Of a DNA stretch of 64,000 nt, positions 48,701 to 61,300 are shown piece after piece. The notes below the pieces were generated by a model. That model had not been told where the DNA came from. It saw nothing but the letters and a program-made list of their open reading frames with translations, and did not search any database. Both the position numbers and the translations under genes were made by a program. The stretch is from Klebsormidium nitens. Lineage: Eukaryota > Plantae > Klebsormidiophyceae. The stretch lies in assembly GCA_000708835.1 (NCBI GenBank), contig DF237345.1, forward strand, positions 1 through 64,000, read 5' to 3'. Positions within the stretch are counted from its first letter, which is position 1, and every line of letters begins with the position of its first letter.

Positions 48701-51340
48701 GGTGGGTCCGGGTGCGGAGCAGGTACTTTATAGGTCAGGCTTCTACTTTTTTCGATTCGAGCTTAGAATTCCTGAAGCTTATTAGTCCTAAAGTGTCAAG
48801 ACGTCTGGTCGGGGCCTTCCCGGCCTTCTCAAGGTCTGTCAGCGACCAAGTGGGACTTCGGTGTAGCGGAGACCCCGGTTACCTTTTCGGATACCGATCA
48901 AAAAGGAGCTTACAGACGGAGCTTCTGGTCTGTGCTGCAGTAACTTCATGGGTTTCGGGACGGGCATCATTCCGGAAGGCTGCGGCTTCTCGTTACAAGT
49001 GAGCCAGCACATGTTGCTATCCCTTCCACTCAAGCCCGCAGTACGTCTTTGTGCCGCATGGCCGCGGATGGCCCTGGATCGCCCACCCCGCAATCAATCT
49101 GACGCCTGTAGACTTTTGTACCGTCGTCACCTCAGACTCAACAGGTCAGAAAAGCAAGAAAGCATTCCACAGAACAGAGGTCGATGTCTGTTTGCATCCG
49201 GCGAAATGTTATGCTCGAGCACAACCCTAAGGCTCCAACCTTGCAAAGCTGTTTTCTCCCCATCATCCCAACCTCCAAGGTTCTTCAAATGGTACCGAGG
49301 CCGAGGTTACCGCTTGAATTTAGACCTTTATGGACCTGAACCTGCGCCCGAGCAAATGTATGTCAATAGTTCAAAACTAACTTGTTTGCTCCTAAGAGCC
49401 GCGGATATGGTTTCAGTATTTAACGGCAATCCAACGGTACTCCAACGGTACCTCATCGCATCAGCTCTTGTGAGCGGCCGATTCTGAAGCTACTGATAGA
49501 TCGACTTGAGAATCCTGGAACATAAACGTGAGCATCTACAAGCCCGATGGCCCCTTGATCGTCTTCTTCAGGTTGCAGCTCCAAATCCAACCCTTGCCTA
49601 GCGCAACCCTAACCCCACAGCGTCCCACGACCTATACCACACGAAGTACTTACCCCGCAGTCTCAGAAAGAAAGCTTAAAACCCTCTTCAACTTGAAAGC
49701 CAGCCCTTTTCTTTTCACAAACGCGGCCACGGCTCTCGCGCATCGGCTCTTTGACCCGCATCTCGATCACATACCGAGCGTCAAAACACATCAAGTGAAT
49801 GCTGAGTAAGCCGAAAAGCGACTCTTACGCAACGTTTCCCGTCTCAGAATCGCGGATACGGCTTCAGCCTCGACCCCGCGCACCCCAACTGCATCGGCCC
49901 GCGCAAGCGGCCGTACCACACGATTATTCCGGGGCTCGCGACCTACGCCCCGGAAGACGGGGACGAGTCACACGCGGGCGACCTGTTCGGACCGTTCGGC
50001 GTGATGGGCGGCTTCATGCAGCCGCAGGGGCACCTGCAGGTGATTGTGAACCTGCTGGACCACGGGATGGATCCCCAGGTGAGCTTCCGTGCTGGTTTCC
50101 GCCCGTTCCGTTCTTCGTTCCGGCCTTTTCTCTTGAGGCTTGCAGCGGAAGCTGGCAGCCCCAGGGGCACTTGCAGGTGGTCGCGAACCTGCTGGACCAC
50201 GGGATGGATCCCCAGGTGAGCGAGTCGCCCGCGATTTCAATTCCGTGCTTGTCTCCCTCCATTCAGCATTGAACACGCCTTGCAAAGAGAGTGGTTCGTA
50301 GAAAGGGCTCCAGCTTTCGCCCACTTGACACGTTCCGGTCAGAATTCCAATTATGGCGGAGCAAACCGGCGAACCCCGGTCCAATAGGCCTGGATTCAGA
50401 GGAGCGACCACTCCGTGCTGCCGCAGGCTGCGCTGGACGCCCCACGCTTCTGCATCTCGGGCCTCCCCGGCGTGCGCCACTCGGCGGAGCTCATCGCCAA
50501 CAGCCAGTGCTACCTCGAGGACCAGCCCGGCGCGCACGAGAAGGCCGCCAAGCTGCGGGCGATGGGCCACGAGGTCAGCCGCTGAGGTCATCCTGCTCAG
50601 AGATGACGTCACCCGATTGATTCCGTCCGGCCTCTGTGACGTCGTCCAATATCATTGCTGAGGTTCAGCTAAAAGAGGTCCGCTATAGGCACTGAGAGCG
50701 GCGCCATTGCTTTTGAATTGGAATTGTCGCTTCTTTCTCATATCGCCCCTGCTTTCTGCTTTCAGATCAAGGTCCTGAGCAGCCACGATCGGGCGAGCTT
50801 TGGACGAGGCCAGGTAAGGGCGCTGGCCCGTGATTTGCCTTGCCGGAAACCGAGAACAAAAAGGATAACTAGCATGGACAGCTTACAGAAGAAATACAGG
50901 GAGAAAGGGCGAGGGTGCGACGCTCTGCATGCAGCTTTCTCCCAACCCACTTATTTGGCGGCGGTGCTGATTGATTATGGAGTGGAAAAGGATTTCCAGG
51001 TGTCAGAAAACCACTTTTCTGAATGGTCCGCTAGCGTGACCGGCTTATCGCAAGGTTAGGGCTTCTCCTTGCAAGCCTTCTGGCAGGCGGTAAAGAGCTT
51101 CTTGGACGGGGGAGGGGCTCAACGAACTTCGAGGAGAGAATCCTTTTAAATCATTCAAAAGGCACATGCGCTGCTCGTCAGGGGTTGCATTGGCTACACT
51201 GACCGTGTGGAGGTGATCAGATGTAAGAAACGGATCTCAGACATTGCATCTCCTCGCAGATTATTGTCCGAGACCGGAAAACGGGGGTTCTTTGGGCGGG
51301 TTCGGATCCACGAGCGGACGGGTGTGCCATGGGTTGGTGA
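42755..51340 (+). CDS. ggt: Gamma-glutamyltranspeptidase (Ntn hydrolase), YwrD-like type without membrane anchor; multi-exon
   Basis: [24 protein letters not shown], nucleophile motif [49 protein letters not shown] and [13 protein letters not shown]. Splice phases are consistent. Confidence 0.93.
46012..46164 (+). CDS. Candidate symmetric phase-1 cassette exon of GGT encoding a zinc ribbon (MJ0042-finger-like CxxC-x16-CxxC)
   Basis: ccccag|AT CGG TTC GTC TGC...GCA G|gtgaga; 153 nt; [34 protein letters not shown]. An alternative in-phase acceptor lies at 45963. Confidence 0.6.
46776..46883 (+). CDS. Candidate second phase-1 cassette exon of GGT, Pro/Ala/Gln-rich linker
   Basis: tacag|CC GCG CCC CGA...CCT CAG G|gtcagg; [36 protein letters not shown]; frame-preserving. 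Confidence 0.45.
46951..47153. repeat. Palindrome-rich, MITE-like intronic element
   Basis: 29-bp direct repeats ccgagcc(t/c)gatcgggctcggttttgaccg (46951, 47125), each a hairpin, flank a perfect 17-bp inverted repeat gagcccaagcctgatcg (47053-47069) / cgatcaggcttgggctc (47096-47112). Confidence 0.75.
50150..50221 (+). repeat. Tandem duplicate of a GGT exon 3' end with an intact donor
   Basis: gaacctgctggaccacgggatggatccccag|gtgagc is identical at donors 50078 and 50215; period 137 bp. Confidence 0.9.
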
Positions 51341-52836
51341 CGTGTTTTCGAAGACCGGGTATCCTTTCTCTTCGTTTGTGCTTGCGTCGTTTGTACTGAC
51401 TACCTATGCTGAAGCAGATAGGATCACTGTGGTAGTAATGGACAGGAAAAACAGAACCGCCACAAAAAGCATAGGAAATACTGCTGATACTGTGGGCTGC
51501 GCAGATATTGTGTCCGCGACGGCTTGTGAGCGTTCATGGTCCGTGAAAATCGTATATGTTATAGACCGCATGACGGGCGGCCGGGAGACTGTGGCATGGT
51601 TTTCATGCATCCAATTCTGCACATGTCTGCCAGGGGGCATTGAGCCGTGAGGGTGCTAACCAGTCATGCAGGCAGTATGAATCATACTAAGCTAGATGCC
51701 GTCACTACAAGGTATGTTCAAGATTCTTCCAAAGCGGGAATGACGTCGGAGTTGGTCTTCATGGGTCACTGAGTGACGCACATGCACGTACGTAGTATGC
51801 CAGGCGGCACTGCGCCCACTCAACGTAAGTTCAGTGCATATGTTGCGATGATAGTACCTAGACGCGGGCCGGATCCTGGGCCATGGTTTGACGTCAAATT
51901 TCTGCGAGCTTAAGTTAGGCGGTTCATCATGTATATACCGTAGTTGCATGGTTGGACGTGATGCCTGTGTACGACGCATATACCGGTACAGCCTGCAGTA
52001 GCATGCAGCTGAGCGATCAATCAATCATAAACAACAATGCGCTGATGGGAGGAAACGCGGCCATGCAGAGGACTTAATACCGTACCAAGCCATCAATCTC
52101 ATCAATTTAATTGTTGTAGGGATCAGAACATCTGGGGACCGTGACTTATGCAGAGATACAACGACTTTTAGTTGCCAGTCGGCCTGCAGGCCGGGGTCAG
52201 CAAAATCACTGGGCATCGCTACAATTGTAAAAAATTGCAATTCCTCAATAATTATCCGACCCCGTGTCCACAACTTCAGCTTGCCAGTGTATTTCGCAAG
52301 CAATCCATGGCCTCGGCTTTGCTAAGACTCTGATCCTTACTGAAAACTGGTCGATCAACAACGCCAGATCGAGTGGCTTATTGGCTGATTCAAACCTGCA
52401 AACCTGTCTTAGGCTGGACCAGATCAAGCTCAGCTTAACTCGCTCCAACAGCTACGTACCTCTAACGAAGTTCAAAGGAATAAAGTCATTAGGATTCTAT
52501 GTGACTGGGTGCTCTGAAGATTCGCCCGTCGCAACGCGAGTGAACATGGGCCCTCCAATATGCCTGGTCCAAGTTCATCGAGCCAACCTCCGGGAGCTTC
52601 AAAGCTTCAATTCAGAGTCTCAAAATAAAGATAAAGGAACGTTTGGGGTAGGCCATCAACTTCTATAACCTCAATCCCGGAACCGTGGGATGGAAGTCCT
52701 TGAAGTAGGCCATAGAACTTCAGAATACATATCGGCTTCAGAAGCTCAGAACATTATTTTGTATTTATGAATAATCTGGCCATACGCAGCTCATCAGCTG
52801 GAGTCTGCGGACTAGCACACCGCTTTTCTCAGAAGC

Positions 52837-55800
52837 TTAAAACAGATGGAACTCCTTGGGGAAGGCCAGGATGGAGCCGTCGGCAGCGGGGCTGAGGTCA
52901 ACGCCCAAACCGGAAACGACGTATCCGTCCACCCCGCGGTACTTTCCGGTTCCGCCAACGATGGCGATCTCCGTAACCTGCAGCAGACGGAAAACAACGA
53001 TTAGGATCATCTCTTGCTCTTGAAAAGACTCGGATCTGGTGGAAAGTGACTCTTGAGTCCAACGTGATTTGCACCCGGCTGTCAAGTTCGGTTTTGACTG
53101 CGACCCCTAGGGAAATGTCTGATCGCCCATGTACGTTTTTTGAATAGGATCACAAAGATATTATGAGCGCCGTTTTCCACGGTCGAACGCAGCTTCGACT
53201 CCCTGCAGCTGACGCTCAGAACCCGTCTGAAATGGACGCTTTTGCTGGTCACCCCCTGTCAAACTCCATCAATAAAATCCTGACACTATTTCGGAAACGC
53301 GAGCTTGATAACGTTGTTTGCACTAGATGAAGGATCCGGGGGACGAATGGGGTTTGCAATTTGGGGTTAAGGTGGACGCGCCGGGTGGGGAGTATTCTGT
53401 GTCACGAATTCGATGAGGGTGCCCGGTGCTTTGGTGTGTGAGTGCGCAAGCAAGAGCAAACTTTATTATTATGAGGCTTTTGACCTGATAGGGCGGTCAC
53501 ATATGAACATTTTCGGGGTGCACCGTCCCCCAGCTAGGGACCGAATTTCTGTCCTTTCAGGGACCGTAAATTACCGGTGATTTCGTCCCGCAAAATTTTA
53601 ACCCAGCATTCTGGGGGACGGTGCGCTCCTCATAAGGGACGCCGGTAAAACTACTACGGGACGGTTGGCACCCACTCCTCGGACAGTCTGTGTCGCCGTA
53701 TATTTCGAGAAGCTTTAAGTTGTCGCATGATGCGTCCTTGAGTGAAATCTGACCAAAGCCGATTCTTGAGGACCATATTGCGCTCCCTCAGGGAACACTC
53801 GCCACTTCCCCGAGAACTCATACGTGACCGCCCCATGAGGAGATCAAGACTATTTAACCCTCCTCTGACCGAAGGGAATGAAGCCTCACCGGCCTAAATA
53901 AACGAGGTCCCGGGCGAGTTTTCTTACCACGGTAGCTGCGGTGCCGAGGGTGTTGATCGCGTCTACCGGGCCCTTGATCTCCTCGGTGGTGAAGTAGAAA
54001 GTGGTGGAAGCAGTCAGATAGTCGACGCCGTCCGCCGCGAAAAACGTGGTATCGCTCTCGACGTATGTGCCCACCACGGTCTTGAGGTCGGACGCCAGAA
54101 TAGGGCCCCTGCAACAAATTTCACAGGAGGGTTTTGGCTGCTAACCAAGCTCATCACCTGACCGGGCGCGCTGTAACTTCGTCTGGTTACTGGACATCAT
54201 TAACCAGATTTTAACCAGCCCAGAACCAGCCAAGAACCACCCATGGTGAAGGCGGAAAGCTCGTGCACGTGTGAATGGCACAAGGGGGTACGTTGAGGGA
54301 CTGAAGAATGTCGGGGCGAGTAGATCATCTGGTGGTGTAATTGTCCCGACTCACATGCAGGGCCAACGAGCAACGCACACTTGCTACAGTGTACCTGCCA
54401 GGCAATGAAAACAAGCCAGGCGACTCGAACAACGGTTTTCTAACCGAGAGGCGCGGGCACGAAACACGGAGGCGAGATTTGACAGATTCGCGGTCTGCAG
54501 TCATAACGTGCTTTCTTATAACGAAGGTGATATACGGCTCAGGAACGGTCATGTTTGGGGTTGCGGGGATAGCGACTTTGACCAGCTTGTTGATCATGAT
54601 CTGCATTGGCCAGGTTTCCCGATGCGGATCACTTTCAAATTGCCTGTATTTCCATTTGGTCTGCCTGTGCAAAACTATCATTACACAAGTTCCGGCAGGC
54701 AGACGTCGAGTGAGACTACTCAGAACTCGGTTGTGAGTAGTTGACTCGTTAGATCCTACTGCTCAAAGTGAGATCAGATTGTTGAAGACTGACAGCTTAT
54801 ACGATCACGGGAATGTCTACCTTACCTAGTCGTCCGTCACAAGTGGGCTTCCATTTCAAGACCACAAATCGAGCTGGAGTTTCAGTGCTAATGACGAGAT
54901 CGTAGAAGCTGCCGAAAGCTTTCGAGGCCGATCCGTTTGCGGACGGCCGGACGAGACTCTGACGGACTGCCACGTCGTGGCTCTTCTTCAATACGTAGGA
55001 CAGCGCAGTCTACTACTAGGTTCGACTGTAGTTTGCTTCCGCACAAACAGCTAGTAGAAGCCGTGGTTTGTGGCTCCCGATTGCAGCTGTGATGTTGACG
55101 TCAGCCTGACGGATGCTCACTTGTAAAGGCAGATGTCGCCGAAGGCAAAGCCGCCCCCGGGGGCCGCCGCCTGGTCAGCGCAGTTCGTCTCGGGGTTGCT
55201 GAAGTCGAACACGATGTACACCGTGCCCAGCTGCACGGGAAAAGCAAGTATCAACGAGGCTGGTTAGCCTTGGGTTACCAGCACTGCACCAGCGGCCTGG
55301 TCGCTTCAAGCATTATGTATGCGTTTTGAAGCCCTTTTTAGGTCATTAGCGGGTTGATACGCAGTATCTTAGGTCCGAACCGCGAGGGAAGTTGGGGGCT
55401 TACGAACTCCGGCCAAGGACAGGTTCCTCGTTTTCCAAGGATTGACTGAAGCAAGTACGGCCGAGAATCAGCACCCACTCTGCTCTTCCCAAGTCTTTTC
55501 TTCCTTGGCACCATCTGCTTCAGCGAAGCTTCGAGTAATATGCCACCGTTTAGTAGTGGATGGTTGAAGTGAGTGGCATCTTAGACACTCAACTGGTCGC
55601 AAAATGCATACGGCACTAACAGAGAACAGACCAATGCGTGAGATGAAAAGGTTGGCGCGCACTGGTCAGCTCTTTTCTAGTTGGGCGAGAAACACCGTTT
55701 ACCAAACCTGGTTAGAGGCTCGTCCAGTGCCCTTCTACTCAATAGAACGTGGTTAAACCCTGGTTGAATGCCCCGTGACCAAGCTTGGTTAAGAGCGACA

Positions 55801-57600
55801 GAAGATTGGGTTTGCACTTACTGGTCCCGACGTGGTTGGGGCAGGTGTGGTTGCGTTGGTGGTTGGCGCCGGAGTCAATGTCGCTGGCGGGGGGGTGCCT
55901 GCGCAGGTGGCGGTGACCCCCCCCTCGCCGGTGCTGGGGCCACAGGCCCCGGGGCAGCAGATGCTGGCATTGCCGGGGGCGTTGTAGCAGGGGTTGGGGG
56001 CGGCGGGGGTGCAATCTGGGGGGCAGAAGAGAAGGTATTTTTGGAGGGATTTTGGAAAGAATAAGAAAGGGAATGTGGGATGGAGGAGAGAAGGAAATGG
56101 CAGATGGCGTAGAGATGCAAAGAAAGAAAGGTTTAGGACTTTTACAGGTTTTGTGAGGGAATGAAGTTGAGGAGAGAATGCGAATAGAAGGAAGAAAGAT
56201 TTGCAGCTTTTGGAGGGTTTGTCCGGGCAAAGAAGGCGGGCAGCTCTGGGGCGAAGAATGATGAGACGATCTGGACACTGGCCCTGCTAAATGCAGGCAG
56301 AGAAAGAGGACAGTGAGATGGGGACCAATCTTGATAATTGGCGTGCGAACCCCCCGCGAACCCGCCACATTACCTCCCCACTTCTGACTCTCCGTAGAAG
56401 CCCCCACAACTTAAGTTAGGACTCGCACAGAGCCGGCTCCAGACAAACTCCCAAAGTATAATGCCGGGACGCAGGACTGTTCAACACAATGCCATTGCAA
56501 TGTCTTGCCACTAAGTTTTGGCAGTCCTACCCGCCCTGCTTTGTGAATCCCCCCAGTTCATAGTGCATTGCCTACCTTGCATGATGACAACTTTCAGGTT
56601 TTGACAGGAGAGCTTCAAAATTATGCAAATCTACTTTGGTGCATTATGCAGGCAAGACCTTCCCGCGAGATACACCTTCATAGCTCCTCCGTAATTCAAC
56701 ACAAATCTTAAAACTCTTGCAAACTGATTCTACTCGATCTCGCTGCATTGTGTGTCCCTCCTTATGCGATAGCAGCAGCCTCCTTGCATGGATTTAATGG
56801 CTTGAAAACTTGGTTGTGACAATGCAACACTTCAAAGCATCAATTATGACGTCTATCTGTATTGACAACACCCTCAGAAGTATTGGAGCTCTGATTATGA
56901 ATGTACTGTCGTGCTCAATGCAGAAAGAAAAAGATTGCAGACAGATATTTACAAAAGTGTTCTCCCCTCTCACTTTACCAGCCATACTCACGCCCAGATC
57001 CAGATCAGTTCACCAAAAGGAACCCATCTCTTACACGCATAAGAGGGAGTTACCCCCACCCCCAGATCTCCCAAGCTGCTGTGCATATCTGGAGCATTGG
57101 TGCCCTCCATTATACACTCATTGAGCTCCACAAAAAGGCATATCAGAACATGCACACGCACACAACAAAAGCTGCGGCAAGGATTCTCGTGGGCTTCTGG
57201 GCACATTTGCTTTCAAAGCCGGAAAAGGCTTTTCATGATCACAAGGGACAGGGCCTCAGAATCTGAATGAAGAGGTCATGCTCATGAGATGTGGAGCTTC
57301 GCCTGCGATGAGCCCAAGTATCTCTCAAACTCGTCCAATGCTCGTTTAATAACGTGTTCAAATGAAGTCCAGACTCTGGGCAGTCTGGCTGTGTGTCTGC
57401 CCTAATATCTGTGTCCAGACCTGTTCAACGTTATTCAAAGCCCTGTTCGGACCCCAACAAGGTTTGGACAGGTTTTGGACACCTGTTGGAAATGCTTTCT
57501 CACAGTACTGCGATCAGCATCGCTCACCTGCGTTGGCAGCAGACAAGAAGCTGGCCAGGATGACCACGGCGCCAACCGCAAGGAGCGAAGCGCCCTTCAT
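52837..57600 (-). CDS. Secreted knottin-like / Pro-Thr linker / dirigent-AOC-barrel protein, copy B; exons 57600-57528, 56015-55822, 55230-55121, 54108-53928, 52977-52837
   Basis: MKGASLLAVGAVVILASFLSAANA|DCTPAAPNPCYNAPGNASICCPGACG...|LGTVYIVFDFSNPETNC...|GPILASDLKTVVGTYV...|VTEIAIVGGTGKYRGVDGYV...KEFHLF*. Intron positions are identical to copy A. Confidence 0.85.
53491..53833. mobile_element. 343-bp MITE-like element in intron 4 of copy B
   Basis: 16-bp TIRs gggcggtcacatatga / tcatacgtgaccgccc (1 mismatch); internal 14-bp inverted repeat gcaccgtcccccag / ctgggggacggtgc; no clear TSD. Confidence 0.7.
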
Positions 57601-58202
57601 TTTGTCAGTGGAGTCTGGAATTGGTCGTAGAAGTGTTGTGGGGGGGCTTGGCTGCAACCTGCGCCTGGCAGCGGATGCGAAAGACGAGAGAGCTCTGTGG
57701 TCCTGTAAAAGGAATTTGCGTTCTGCTAGAGTACTTGAAGGGAAGGCCCCTTTTGTAGTCGCGAATTCGATCTGTTCAAGTCGTCTTGAAGAGCTCTGTG
57801 TGAAGATAATGCAGCTGCTGGGAACGATGCACAATGCAGTTCCGAACCTGATTAAGCCCGCTCATCAGTATTATCACAACAGTAGTATCACTTCACAGGA
57901 TAGGTAGGTTTCCTGACTGACACTGCTGCAAAAGCCTAGGGGTGTCAGAGAAAATGTCTTAATCGAATTAAATGGCTCCGTTTGCGGCACGTGCAAGCAA
58001 GTGCACTGAGGAATCTTGTCCTACCACGTTTCCATGTGATCTTGCATATGTACGTGCCTTCAAGACTGGCGCCGAATGTACTCTTCTCAAACGCCGTAGC
58101 CACATGTGGGCCTGACTCAGCCGCCTGACCGAATTCAGGTACCTACCATGATGCGACGCTGGTTTGCACCAGTTCTTTGCACCCCGGTTGCAGTTGTGAA
58201 TC

Positions 58203-58311
58203 TGTGGCTACGAACAAGGACGTACAGTACCTACCGGTAGGTCCTATAGCCGTTCAATGCCTAGTGCGAGGTTGTGGCTAAACCTGAAGAATTAATACCG
58301 GTAGGTCCTAT
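58203..58311 (+). repeat. Two degenerate tandem units containing TGTGGCTA and TACCGGTAGGTCCTAT
   Basis: 16-bp identical core at 58232-58247 and 58296-58311. Confidence 0.65.
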
Positions 58312-61300
58312 CCTGACAGTGACCCGAAAGGACGATATTCGGCAGGCACGTCGAGACTCCGATCCGGTGTGAATCGGTATGCAAAAGGGACAAATGAGTC
58401 ACAAAGCGAAGTCGAGCGGGCCTCGAGGCTCGGATGACTGAGATTAGAGATTCAGAAGAACTCTACCGGTAGAAGACTAAAGTCTAAAGTCAACGTGTGT
58501 CAGAGACTTGGCGAAAGGATCACGCGTGCCATATGCGGCGCAGCGCGCTGCTGTCGTACGAGTGCGGAACTCGAGAAAGTTGGTACGGGCACAGTCGCCG
58601 CGAAACCGACCAAGTACTACGGGCAGAATTTTCGAGGATCGAGTGTACGGGCGTAGTACGGCACCACCATAAGCTATGAGAGGATCGGGGACGACTGGTC
58701 AGTAGTAAGTACGGTGGCACGCCGCAGAAGACTCGGTCGATCATAGCTAGTCGAAGTTTGATTCATTGACGAAGGCTCATTCAGGGCTGAGCATATACCA
58801 TATGCGCATTACGTATGGACTTCGTCTCGTCACTCCCAGCCCTCCTAATCTCCTAAGTGGGACTTTGAGGTCTGCCAGGTGGATCGGTCGGCCAGAATGT
58901 GATCCGTTGCGCACCAATATATATATAGGCTCCGCGCGCGGGCCGCCTTTCTCTCTTTCTATTCAATTAACGGGTCCGCAATCACGGACAAGACCCCTCG
59001 CGCCCCATTGGCTCCTCGGTGGGGGTCGTGACTCGTACCTCCATATTCCGTTTAACCTTCGAATTCGACGAGGACGATCGACGAAGGCAGAGACCGTTGT
59101 TTCCTTCAAAAAGTACCTGCTTCAAAGAAGCCCACTGTGCCGGTTGTTCTATAAAGCTCCAGATATATACGAGTCCGCCACATCGATCAGTGCAACTCCA
59201 AATTGGATGCCTCCAGAAAACGAAGCTCCTCAAGGCATTCATATCAACGGTGGCTTGAAGGCAAGAATTTGACTATGGCGAAGAATCATGAGCTCACCCG
59301 GTATCCAGGCACCGAGATGCGCACCAGATTTGTTGACTCCTTGAAGGCGTGGGCACGCGCATGAGCGTCTGGGCCAGTGCCAACCAAAGAAGCGAAACTC
59401 AGACTTGATTGCGGCTTGTTCGTGACTCGAAGGGCGCTCAATTTGACGCACTGACGCAGATCACAGTTCGACTGCTCTTGCCACTCGTCGGTCGAAGTTG
59501 ACTCACTGACCTACTTTTTTTCGAGAAGGACGCTACGCGCCTTTGCAGCAATCAGGAACGAGCAGAGCATATGTTCGACAATTCGGCCTAAAGATTCTCT
59601 CCCGGCCTTCAATCATCGGTTATCTACTTGTTTGCATTCTGGCACTGCTCGCAAGTCAGACAAAGCCGAGCGGAAAGGAGTAAAAGGTCTCCGTTTAACG
59701 AAACGATGAAGTCTGCGACGGGACTGCCACGTCACAAGTTCTCGTCACCTTGTTACTAATTGTCGTCCCGAGTGCCGTACTTTTCGATCAGTCGCTCTTG
59801 AAGGCTCCGACCTCTCTCTTGGCTCGACCTCCATGAGATGCCGGTTATCCATTGGACTGCCAGTTGACGTCAGCGACTGTAGTCAACCGCTTATCTTAGA
59901 AGGTAAAAAGCTTTTTCTTGAGGAGACAAAGCATGGGCGCTGCATGGAAACGTCTGACTTTTGACAAGCTCAGGACAAACGAATCTACTGAACCCTGTCG
60001 ATACGTTTGAAGACCTCTACCGCCCTATGAGTTTTGAAGGACCTCGCTTTGACGTTTCCGCCGGGGTAAAAGACGTTGGCAATGGCAACATACCAAATTC
60101 GCTCACCAGACTCGGACTAGTACTAGTAGTGCCAAGAGCCTTAGCGGCGCTTTTGGACCCCGCCTTACGTCAAACCGGAATTAGGAATAGTCTTGGCTCC
60201 AAAAAAGGCACCAGCAAGCTCGGTGCGTATACTCGATGATGACCTTTCGCGCGCCAGCTGGCTTTGACGTTTTTTTCGAAAGTTTGTACCGTCGCCGATG
60301 AAGGGACATTCTGACGACGGCCGCATAACATTGACAGACAGATGCAAGCGCACGGATGCCCGTACTGGGCAGCACTAGCGCATGCTCGTTATCAGTGTCC
60401 TTTAATCAGCTGGGGAATGCGGGGCTCATCTCCTGACCGAGAAACTTAGTAAGCGGAATCTCACGGCCGCCGCTGGTGACGGCCTTCTGCAAATGGGTCT
60501 GATATTGCTGTAATGCGGGTGACATTCTGAGGTCGGAAAGCAAAGGCAGGAGGTATGAAAACGATGTCACACGCAAGAATTCGAAGGCACGCAGCCACAC
60601 TTTCAAGGCGTGTCGTGATCCTGTCAGGCTAAGGTTCTTGAATTAGTGGCCGAACTTACGCACGTTGATACAAAGCAAGACACGAGGATTGAAACAAGGG
60701 GGAACGCAATCAACGGGACGAAAGCGCGTCGGTAGGTGGCTGTTGATTCGAGCAGCCAGCAACGGTTGATGAAACGAACCGGCTCGAAAACTCGCAGGAA
60801 CCAGAAAAAGGCGACCTTTTGGATAGCCGTGTGATTTAGTCTTCATGAAAGGCGACTTCACGCTCAGAAACGCTCGCTCAAGGAGACAAGTGCACAGCTT
60901 TTCATGTTCGCATCTGAGGAATTCCCGCTGCCTGAGTGGACTCCTCTGAAAATTTTGTCCCTCCTGAGTCATCTCCGAAAGGCTACAAACAAGCAGTACA
61001 CGAGACTCTATAACCAAACAGTACACGAAAGAGGACCATACTAGCATCCAGCTTACCTTGAAGATTTGGACAGATTGGATGAGATTGCTCGTGAACGGTT
61101 TGTCTCACCGTTCTTGTCATCTTAACAATCTCTTGAACGCGATCTTGGAGTTGTCCTTAGTCGTTCTGGTGGGCAACATAAGCTCCGCCGCGAATCCGAA
61201 ACAGCCGGGGAACAGCGGCGGGTCGGGCCCCTCGGCTGCATGGTTGCGGCGTCTCTGTGTCGCGCTTTGAAAGATGGTTCTCCAATCTTCTGGATAAGCA

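Noticed and set aside
51690-52700. Short ORFs on both strands between GGT and copy B
   Set aside because: No motif, splice pattern or codon bias comparable with the true exons.
54480-55000. Protein-looking fragments inside intron 3 of copy B
   Set aside because: Short, on opposite strands and unidentifiable; possibly a TE remnant but unsupported.
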